A DNA stretch of 64,000 bases from a virus, in IMG/VR virus record IMGVR_UViG_3300033182_000538, positions 32,001 to 96,000 of that record; one strand, 5' to 3'. This document shows, in pieces, positions 56,597 to 64,000 of this stretch. Position numbers and translations under genes: made by a program. Within the stretch, counting starts at the first letter, position 1. Each line of letters starts with the position of its first letter. Below the pieces are notes generated by a model. It was not told the origin of the DNA. It saw only the letters and a program-made list of their open reading frames with translations, and made no database searches.

Positions 56597-57576
56597 TTGT
56601 TTTGTTTTTTAAAGAAGTCCAACCAGTAATCTGCCATTTCTTCCATCATTTGTTGAAAAGTATAAGTTGGAGCCCACCCCATTTCTGTTCTAAGTTTAGT
56701 AGAATCTCCTCTTAAATAAGGTAATTCTTCTGGTCTTAAAAATTTAGGATTTTGTATAACATAATCTTTATAATTTAATCCCAAGTGACTAAATACCACA
56801 TCACACATTTCTCTAACTGAATGTGTTTCCATTGTTGATACTATCCAATCTCCTGGCGTGTCATTTTGCATCATCAAATGTATAGCTCTTACATAATCAA
56901 AAGAATGCCCCCAATCTCTATAAGAATCCATATTACCCAATTCTAAGGTATCTTGTAATCCTAATTTGATTTTTGCAGCTGCTTTTGCTACCTTATTAGT
57001 TACAAAATTAGTTCCTCTTCTCGGAGATTCGTGATTAAATAAAATACCATTTGTAGCGTGTAATCCATATGCTCTTCTGTAATTCCTTACGATATTGTAA
57101 GCGAATACTTTTGAACATCCATATGGAGATACTGGATTCATTGGTGTAGTTTCTCTTTGAAAATTATCATCTTCAACAGACAAACCAAACATCTCAGATG
57201 AACTTGCTTGATAAAACTTAGCTTTTGGACAACTTCTCCGGTATGCTTCTAAAATATTTAATACTCCAATCGAGTTTGTCTCTACTGTAAATTGTGGTAT
57301 ATCAAAACTAATTCTAACGTGGGATTGTGCAGCTAGGTTATATATTTCATCGGGTTGTATTTTATCTAATAATTTATACAATCTGGCTTGGTCTAACAAA
57401 TCACCATAATATGTATGTATTTTACTATGAATTTGTGATATTCTATAATCTTGATATTCGGGCATAGAGTTTCTTCTCACAATACCGTGAACTTCATATC
57501 CTAACTCTAATAAGTATTCCGCTAAATACGACCCATCTTGGCCTGATATTCCGGTAATAAATGCTTTTTTTATCAT
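56593..57576 (-). CDS. gmd: GDP-mannose 4,6-dehydratase
   Basis: ITGISGQDGSYLAE, NLAAQSHV, YQASSSE, NHESPRRG and RDWG motifs. Confidence 0.95.
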   Translation of the reverse strand: MIKKAFITGISGQDGSYLAEYLLELGYEVHGIVRRNSMPEYQDYRISQIHSKIHTYYGDLLDQARLYKLLDKIQPDEIYNLAAQSHVRISFDIPQFTVETNSIGVLNILEAYRRSCPKAKFYQASSSEMFGLSVEDDNFQRETTPMNPVSPYGCSKVFAYNIVRNYRRAYGLHATNGILFNHESPRRGTNFVTNKVAKAAAKIKLGLQDTLELGNMDSYRDWGHSFDYVRAIHLMMQNDTPGDWIVSTMETHSVREMCDVVFSHLGLNYKDYVIQNPKFLRPEELPYLRGDSTKLRTEMGWAPTYTFQQMMEEMADYWLDFFKKQNK

Positions 57577-58160
57577 CTAAATAATTCCATTTTTGTTAAA
57601 TCTGGCCAATCTTCTACAACCCATTTTTGTGGGGTTGTTTTAATTGCCAGAGGTAATTTTTCTAAACCTAAGCGTGCAGTTTCAGGTGTCATATAATAAT
57701 GATATCCCATTGAATTTATATTTTGGTCTCTCCAAGGAACATCAGGCAATCTACCATCATAACTCATTTTCTTTAATTTCAAAGCAACTTCTTTATTGTC
57801 TGTTAGTATAACTCCACCCCTACCTAATGATAAATGTTTTCTGAACTGAAATGACACACTCATTAATGTATTAGATATATAACTATTAGGTTTCCACAAT
57901 ACAGCGGCATCAATCACATTATCAGTTACATAATAATAATCACTCCAATTCTCATCTTTCCACTCTAAATCAATACCAAGTTTACGAGATAACATAGGTA
58001 TAGATAAGTAAGTACGTTTAGGGCATTGAATCTTGGTAGCATTTGTAAGTCTTAATGATAATTCTACTCCGTGAGTACAACAATCTACAGCCACAGCATA
58101 TGGAGCTCCAAAGAACTTAGCTATTTCGGATTCAAAATTTTTAATTGTATCAAAATTCAT
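57573..58160 (-). CDS. Compact DegT-like PLP-dependent enzyme
   Basis: FES..A.FFGAPYAVAVDCCT, IDAA, SFQFRKH.S.GRGG and GYHYYM motifs in only 195 aa. Confidence 0.75.
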   Translation of the reverse strand: MNFDTIKNFESEIAKFFGAPYAVAVDCCTHGVELSLRLTNATKIQCPKRTYLSIPMLSRKLGIDLEWKDENWSDYYYVTDNVIDAAVLWKPNSYISNTLMSVSFQFRKHLSLGRGGVILTDNKEVALKLKKMSYDGRLPDVPWRDQNINSMGYHYYMTPETARLGLEKLPLAIKTTPQKWVVEDWPDLTKMELFR

Positions 58161-58683
58161 ATCCTAGCTTTTTCGCGTTTTTAATTATGATATCTTTATC
58201 TCGTGTTTTTATTGGTTTAGCTGGCGAACCTACATAAATTGTCCAAGGTTCTAAATCCTTTACTGCTAGAGAGTTTGCTCCAAGAATAGCACCTTCACCA
58301 AATTTAACACCAGGCATTATAGAGCAATTTACACCACATCCTGAAAATCTTTCGAATTTTACTTCAGAAAACATAACTTCTCTATACTCTATTGGTATTG
58401 TGGGGCCTACTAACCCTTTACCAGTATAATCTTCACTTCCAGCAACAACGCGTGTACCAGCTGCAATGAATGTAAAATCTTCCAATGTTACTTTAGAAGC
58501 CTTACCCCCAATAAAGGTTACATTTGGGGCTATATGTACATAGTCACCTATTTCTAAGGCTGTTGAAACTGATACCCCATTGTCGATTGCACAATGATTA
58601 CCAATAGAGACTAAATCTGGGTTTTTAATAAGCGCTTGGTCACTTATAAAAACATCATTTCCAATTGATTTGAAGTTATTCAT
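58150..58683 (-). CDS. Left-handed beta-helix acyltransferase
   Basis: Hexapeptide repeats; GAILGANS and YVGSPAK motifs. Confidence 0.85.
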   Translation of the reverse strand: MNNFKSIGNDVFISDQALIKNPDLVSIGNHCAIDNGVSVSTALEIGDYVHIAPNVTFIGGKASKVTLEDFTFIAAGTRVVAGSEDYTGKGLVGPTIPIEYREVMFSEVKFERFSGCGVNCSIMPGVKFGEGAILGANSLAVKDLEPWTIYVGSPAKPIKTRDKDIIIKNAKKLGYEF

Positions 58684-59092
58684 CTATAAACACTTTATCT
58701 AATGATTGACCTTCATATGGGCCCGTTTTGTATTCATACACTAAAGTATTATCCTCTAATATAGTATATGTATGCCCACCCTCTAACGTAAAAGAAGCAT
58801 CACCAGCCTTTAAAATGGGTTCTACTATAATAGTATCATCAATATCAAAAAAAGTACATTTTACAGAACCATCAACTACAATCCAACTCTCTTGAGCAAT
58901 AACATTTTGTGTTCGTTCTTTAAAAATGTGTCTATGTGGTTTAAATGTTTTACCTTCATTCATATTTAGAAGAGCACATTGAATAAAGTTGTTTTCAGGA
59001 ACAACATCCACTCTACCTGGAGTTAAATCAGATTTTCGTACCACTATATGTAATAGTTTAGATGGGTCTTTTTTTGAATAAACTTTTTCCAT
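58676..59092 (-). CDS. Cupin, WbuC-like
   Basis: PHRH...QE..IVVDG...GGH...YEYKTGPY motif. Confidence 0.75.
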   Translation of the reverse strand: MEKVYSKKDPSKLLHIVVRKSDLTPGRVDVVPENNFIQCALLNMNEGKTFKPHRHIFKERTQNVIAQESWIVVDGSVKCTFFDIDDTIIVEPILKAGDASFTLEGGHTYTILEDNTLVYEYKTGPYEGQSLDKVFIDE

Positions 59093-59115
59093 AATATTCT
59101 TTAGTGTATATTATA

Positions 59116-60078
59116 CTAATATACGAAATTTTTTATTAAGTTCCAACTGTTTTTATAAGTAGTTTCACTAAAATGTTTGTTATAGTTTTCAACAGAAAGT
59201 TTCGACATTTCTTCATAAAAGTCAGAATCTTCTTTTAATCTCTTAGCTAACTCCTTTGCTTTTTTCAAATCATTATGCTCTACTGATAACTCAGGAAAAC
59301 ATAATCGTTGAGTATTACTATGTATGTTACCAATACAAGGTATACCAAGATAACCACAATTCAAGGAAAATGTTCCACCGATTGTATTTGGATTTAAATG
59401 TACAGCGTACTTAAAGTTATTCAACTCTTTCATCCAATCGTACCATTCTAAATATGGTAAGTGGTTGATATCTTCAACATTTAGTTCAGCCTTATCCATT
59501 CGACCCATTTGAGGAGCTGATATCTTCTCTCCCATTTCCGATGCTACCATATATGAATCGATACCACCATACCATCTCCCCAAATTACCACCAATAATCA
59601 CACCACTACGTTCTACTTTTGGTATATCCTTCAATGAATCTTCAATCATTAGAGTTGGATTGATGTATGTTGGTTTTTCTAATAACCCTTCATAGTATTT
59701 TTTATCAATATCATTATGTGCAAATACAACATCAACCGACATCATTTGATTCAAAAACCACATAGATTCATACAAAGGTAAACTTTGATAGTACCAACTC
59801 GGGCCCTCTTGCATAAAGGCTACCTTCTTACAAATACGTTTCATATCTGAAACAATATCCATATTCATAAAATTCTTAACATTCTTTGGAATGATTAGAA
59901 CACCCAAATCATAAGTTACACCATTTTCAGTTGGTATAGATTTTATTGGGATGTGGTCTGCATCTAAGGCTACGAACCAAGCAAACTCAGTTCTCATATT
60001 CTTGTGGGTTCTTGGTGTTTTACCCATAAACCCCATCTCACTAAAAAATGCTATTTTACCTTCCATACATCTTCCCAA
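59116..60078 (-). CDS. GT-B-like glycosyltransferase
   Basis: KYAVHL...GTFSLNC..LGIPCIG C-terminal GT-B pattern. Confidence 0.55.
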   Translation of the reverse strand: MGRCMEGKIAFFSEMGFMGKTPRTHKNMRTEFAWFVALDADHIPIKSIPTENGVTYDLGVLIIPKNVKNFMNMDIVSDMKRICKKVAFMQEGPSWYYQSLPLYESMWFLNQMMSVDVVFAHNDIDKKYYEGLLEKPTYINPTLMIEDSLKDIPKVERSGVIIGGNLGRWYGGIDSYMVASEMGEKISAPQMGRMDKAELNVEDINHLPYLEWYDWMKELNNFKYAVHLNPNTIGGTFSLNCGYLGIPCIGNIHSNTQRLCFPELSVEHNDLKKAKELAKRLKEDSDFYEEMSKLSVENYNKHFSETTYKNSWNLIKNFVY

Positions 60079-61016
60079 GTTTTAGATTTGTAATTAGGGT
60101 TGAATAAATTGTAAACATTTTGTTCACATAGTTTATTCGCTGGTTTATACCAATTGTGTACACCTCTTTGAGCACCAGTATCAGTCTTATCAATATTTTC
60201 TTCACCCAAGACATATGTTCTTTTGTTTGGGTGTTTTCTATTGTGTACAAGTAATATATTCTTAAAATGATATTGTGGAATGTTACCAAGTACTTTTTGT
60301 GTCATCAACATAAACGCTGTATCTTCGTGTACAAAGAATACTGAACGTGGAATGTTTACTCCTGCTTTGATTACTTCCGATGATATTACCAACCCACAAC
60401 CATTAAATTTGTGTGGAGATACTAAAGTTAAATCAAGGTCAGTAACCTTTGAGTTTATCTCATTCATCTCATCAGCATTCATCTTATATCTAAGACTCCA
60501 CCAATTTTCAGTATCACCTTCTATAAAAGGTTTATCAGTAAAATCAACGTGTTCTAATGGTTTCCAACTATTGTCCCACATTTTACAAATTCCAAACGTG
60601 GCTAAATATTTTGGAGTTCCTTCTGAATAAGACTGATGAAGTAGATTCAAAGACCCAAACATTTCTTTAGGTACTAACATATCAGATTCACCCCATACAA
60701 GAACATCTACTAAATCACAAAAATCTTCGTTAAAGTTTCTACGATAATCGGCTATGGTAACCAATTTATTTGACATCGTGTAATTCGACCTAAATCCAGC
60801 TTCATTCAAAATCTTTTGGATTTCAGTTACAGCCGTTGTTTTGTCAGACACCGATGTAGGTTTCTCCAACTCTTCATTTGTAGTAATCAAAAAGTCAACA
60901 AGAACTTCACCATCGTATTTTTCGATAGCTTCTTTTAAGGTACTAACGTATTCTGAGATTATCCCAACCTCATACCATTGAACCAAACACCCTATTGCAA
61001 ATTTTGTATTACCCAT
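60051..61016 (-). CDS. Hypothetical GT-A-like protein
   Basis: VWGESD and HEDT motifs, together with cluster context. Confidence 0.5.
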   Translation of the reverse strand: MGNTKFAIGCLVQWYEVGIISEYVSTLKEAIEKYDGEVLVDFLITTNEELEKPTSVSDKTTAVTEIQKILNEAGFRSNYTMSNKLVTIADYRRNFNEDFCDLVDVLVWGESDMLVPKEMFGSLNLLHQSYSEGTPKYLATFGICKMWDNSWKPLEHVDFTDKPFIEGDTENWWSLRYKMNADEMNEINSKVTDLDLTLVSPHKFNGCGLVISSEVIKAGVNIPRSVFFVHEDTAFMLMTQKVLGNIPQYHFKNILLVHNRKHPNKRTYVLGEENIDKTDTGAQRGVHNWYKPANKLCEQNVYNLFNPNYKSKTWEDVWKVK

Positions 61017-61851
61017 CTGATACGGCTCTTCCTTCCATTTGTTCCCAATCTCTATTGTCTCTAACTACATTATTTTTAGAATCAGTAGCCATCAACATAG
61101 TAGGAGTTATCCCTAAACCCTTTGCTACATTAATCATAGCTTTTACATCTTTAGGAAAACAATGACCACCATACCCAAAATAACCATCAGGTCCTGGCAC
61201 AGCCCAATGTGACTTACCCAATCTATCATCGTATGTTGCGTATTCTACGACCTTATCAAAGTCCAAATCTAACTTATTACAAATTTGGTACATCTCATTA
61301 GCAAAGGATACCTTTGTAGCTAAGAACGAATTTGTAACATATTTTACCATCTCTGCGTGTGTAGAACCTGTTTTGATGATGGGTGTAGTAGGAAACACCA
61401 AACGATAAATTTGTTTGAGTAAAGTCGTTCCTTTTCTTGGCCCACCTAAAATAATCTTTGATTGATTCTCAAAATCTTGTACTGCGTTTGCTTCCGTTAA
61501 AAACTCTGGATTAAAGATAATGGTAATGTTACCAAATCTATCATTAAAATTTTCCGTGGTTGTTGGTGGAATTGTTGACTTGATAACAACAATAACATCT
61601 TTACCAACTTCATTGATTTCATTCAAGACCGAAGCGACAATAGAAGTATCACAAGTACCATCCGACCTTTTCATTGGAGTAGGTAAACATACAAATACAA
61701 CTTCGGAAGCTTGGACTACCTCTTCTAAGGTATCCGTATTTCGTTTAGTTTCATCAAGGTCATAAGTTAGAACGCTAAAGTAGTTCTTGAACTTTTGGTA
61801 TATAGCATTACCAACAAACCCTTGACCAATAATTCCAATATTATGTTTCAT
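61009..61851 (-). CDS. UDP-glucose/GDP-mannose 6-dehydrogenase family (short form)
   Basis: IIGQGFVG, VCLPTP, IKSTIPP, FNPEFL, KYVTNSFLATKVSFANE and GYGGHCFPKD motifs; start reset to MKHNIG. Confidence 0.9.
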   Translation of the reverse strand: MKHNIGIIGQGFVGNAIYQKFKNYFSVLTYDLDETKRNTDTLEEVVQASEVVFVCLPTPMKRSDGTCDTSIVASVLNEINEVGKDVIVVIKSTIPPTTTENFNDRFGNITIIFNPEFLTEANAVQDFENQSKIILGGPRKGTTLLKQIYRLVFPTTPIIKTGSTHAEMVKYVTNSFLATKVSFANEMYQICNKLDLDFDKVVEYATYDDRLGKSHWAVPGPDGYFGYGGHCFPKDVKAMINVAKGLGITPTMLMATDSKNNVVRDNRDWEQMEGRAVSDG

Positions 61852-61903
61852 AATAAAAATGTAAATTTTTCTTTCGACACACGATATCGTTCCCAAAATG
61901 GAA

Positions 61904-62530
61904 TTACACGAGGGTGTCGTAATATTCGTTTTGTCGTTCTTGTCTATCGATTGTCTTTGGGTGATATAGAGCCAACTCTTCTGCCCAAGGTAGATTTGAA
62001 ATAGTTTCGTAACCAACGAGTTTCTCGTGTACCTTATTTTCCCAACGAATGGATTCTGAATTTTTATAAATTCTCCATTGAGGGTCTGGAAAGTTTACCC
62101 AACCGTGTTCATTAACCTGCCACCCCCATTTCTGAATGTGTTCTTGAGTTAACCCTTCGACTGTATTTACTCGTGGGACAAGAATTACATCTACATTATT
62201 TGCTTCCAAGATTTCGTGAATGTTATCCATCAAGGTTTTATTTGGGTATTCATCTGCGTCAATCTGAAAGATATAATCACCACTACAATGTTTGGTAAGT
62301 TCATTCTTCAAATCTGCGAAGTGTCCATCAAACTCATATGGGTGCCACACGAACAATGATTTTTCAACATTCATTTTTCGTAAATAAGTTTCGATATCCT
62401 TAGAACCATTTTTTGAATCCCACAAAACCACAATCTCATCTTGTGGTTGTTTGAGTGTCAATAACTTTTGAAGTAATGTTTGGATTTCAAGAAACTCATC
62501 CTTGACTGTAACTGCGTAACTAATTTTCAT
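61904..62530 (-). CDS. Glycosyltransferase family 2
   Basis: ISYAVTV, IFQIDADE and KVHE motifs. Confidence 0.85.
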   Translation of the reverse strand: MKISYAVTVKDEFLEIQTLLQKLLTLKQPQDEIVVLWDSKNGSKDIETYLRKMNVEKSLFVWHPYEFDGHFADLKNELTKHCSGDYIFQIDADEYPNKTLMDNIHEILEANNVDVILVPRVNTVEGLTQEHIQKWGWQVNEHGWVNFPDPQWRIYKNSESIRWENKVHEKLVGYETISNLPWAEELALYHPKTIDRQERQNEYYDTLV

Positions 62531-62533
62531 ATT

Positions 62534-63046
62534 TTATATTTCTTTTAGAAAGTCTGGCATATCATCATCCTTTTCTACTTGTTCCCTCTGCCTTCTTTCT
62601 GCTTCCGATGGAACTCTATCGAATATACCATAATCATAATTGTATACCGTAACCGTAGAAATGTTTTTTTCGACTAATGTTCTATATGCTGTTTTTAGAT
62701 TCTTATTTCTATCTTTACCTTTGATTTCTCTGATGTAAAATTGTTTAGAATTCAAATCCAATTGTAACTTTGTTAAATCTAACTTTCGTACTTTAGGAGT
62801 CCTACTTATAACCTCATCTAACCCCTTAGCCAAATTAACCATATCGGTTAATGTTATATGTTTTAAGTCTAAACAATGAAAGTAAGTTTTAAAATTAGGT
62901 TGTAATACAAACACATAATAGTCACGAGATTTACCATCCACTTTTTTATAACGGATTTTAGCTACCATTCCCCTCTCTAACTTTGTTTTGGGGATTCTGA
63001 AAGCATCTGATAATTTGTTCCTATGTTGTGCCGTATAATCAGCCAT
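62534..63046 (-). CDS. Hypothetical protein
   Basis: ORF on the coding strand; AYRT motif. Confidence 0.55.
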   Translation of the reverse strand: MADYTAQHRNKLSDAFRIPKTKLERGMVAKIRYKKVDGKSRDYYVFVLQPNFKTYFHCLDLKHITLTDMVNLAKGLDEVISRTPKVRKLDLTKLQLDLNSKQFYIREIKGKDRNKNLKTAYRTLVEKNISTVTVYNYDYGIFDRVPSEAERRQREQVEKDDDMPDFLKEI

Positions 63047-63047
63047 A

Positions 63048-64000
63048 TTACACTTTCTTTAGTTTAGGTAATTTCAAACCAACTTGAGTTGGGCCTTGAC
63101 CAGCACTATGAGTGTCAAGTATCTTTGACAATTTACTTGTCATATGTTCCTTCGTAAAGTTAGTTTTTACATAATGTCTATTCTTACGAGATTGCTCGTG
63201 AGCTTTCTTGTAGTTAGTATAAATAGCCTTCATTGTACCAGAAGCTTGTCCATAATTAATTTTAAACCACTTTGAACCCTTTCTAATCCAATCATTAGTA
63301 GCGGATGGATGTACATCTTGTAGTTTACCACCAACTAAAAAGTTGAAGTTTGGATTCAAGAAGTCTAAGTGACCTGACCAAGCAGATACAGCAATTGGCT
63401 TTCCACTTACACAAGCTTCTAACAAGGGTCTACCAAACCCTTCACCGTGAGTAAATGAAACGTGTGCTTTTACCTTCGGATGATTGTATAATGAATTCAT
63501 TTCCTCATCTGATAAATCACCATCAAGGATGTATACGTTAGGTAGATTTTTAGAACCAAGTGAATTACTAATCACCTCTATACGTTTTTTGATTTCGTGT
63601 ACACTTGTGATAGATGGCCCACCAATAGATGTTTTCAAAATGAGAGCTGGTTTTACTTTCTTATTTTTAAATGTGTTTAAGAATGTGTGAATCAGCCCAC
63701 CAACATTCTTTCTATCTTCACCAGGTATACCTTGTAACCAATGACCTACAAACAAGAAAGCAAACGATTCATCTACTTGTGACATCATATCTTTTACAGA
63801 CTGATGTACTTCAAGCTTATGGTCATATATTTTTGAGTCAAATCCTTCAAACAAAACTTCAACGGGTTTGGTAAGACCAATCTCACCGATTTTTTGTTTT
63901 GTCTTATCATCTACTTTATCATATTTAACTGATAATGTTTTTGCCGAATGATTCGAAGATACGATGTTTAAATCCATACGATTACACCCCTCGATAAACT
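63048..64000 (-). CDS. GT4-family glycosyltransferase (5' end outside window)
   Basis: FLFVG...RKN and SFTHGEGFGRPLLEA...GKP motifs. Confidence 0.85.
   Translation of the reverse strand, partial: FIEGCNRMDLNIVSSNHSAKTLSVKYDKVDDKTKQKIGEIGLTKPVEVLFEGFDSKIYDHKLEVHQSVKDMMSQVDESFAFLFVGHWLQGIPGEDRKNVGGLIHTFLNTFKNKKVKPALILKTSIGGPSITSVHEIKKRIEVISNSLGSKNLPNVYILDGDLSDEEMNSLYNHPKVKAHVSFTHGEGFGRPLLEACVSGKPIAVSAWSGHLDFLNPNFNFLVGGKLQDVHPSATNDWIRKGSKWFKINYGQASGTMKAIYTNYKKAHEQSRKNRHYVKTNFTKEHMTSKLSKILDTHSAGQGPTQVGLKLPKLKKV

Noticed and set aside
61852-62016. N-terminal extension or frameshift fusion of the UDP-sugar dehydrogenase with the GT2 gene
   Set aside because: The Rossmann motif begins right after the ATG at 61851; the extension is just an open frame overlapping the upstream gene.

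Overview
AT-rich, gene-dense segment of a large (probably jumbo) dsDNA bacteriophage genome. Nearly every gene is on the minus strand. The host is most likely Bacteroidota/Flavobacteriia: many intergenic gaps carry the Bacteroidota housekeeping promoter pattern (TTTG-N19-21-TAnnTTTG-like), and a DUF4494-like gene and Bacteroidota-type lipoproteins are present. Contents from left to right: (1) ClpP-like fragment, UvsE, Hsp20, small hypothetical genes and tRNA-Gln. (2) A MoxR-type AAA+ ATPase and a VWA/metallopeptidase gene, each behind a repeated promoter element. (3) A tRNA cluster (Leu, Arg, Ser, Gly-GCC) that also holds two highly non-canonical tRNA-Gly(UCC)-like genes and two structured spacers. 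(4) Auxiliary genes: GT25, mgsA, a cytidylyltransferase, FkbM, thyA and a PD-(D/E)xK nuclease. (5) An ORF-poor region with DnaA boxes (about 23.8-25.6 kb). (6) Nudix, NucA, J-domain, GroEL, HNH and GroES. (7) Sulfotransferase, 2OG oxygenase, kinase and ClpS. (8) Probable virion-internal proteins, an outer-membrane barrel operon and a lysis module. (9) A ~16 kb nucleotide-sugar/glycosyltransferase cluster. The most striking observation is the pair of tRNA-Gly-like RNAs. They keep the GlyRS identity elements but share a rewired tertiary core (A8/U14, no D-loop GG, GGCAG T-loop, U51-A63), which suggests non-ribosomal glycyl donors or decoys. All calls come from motif recognition by eye; no database searches were run.
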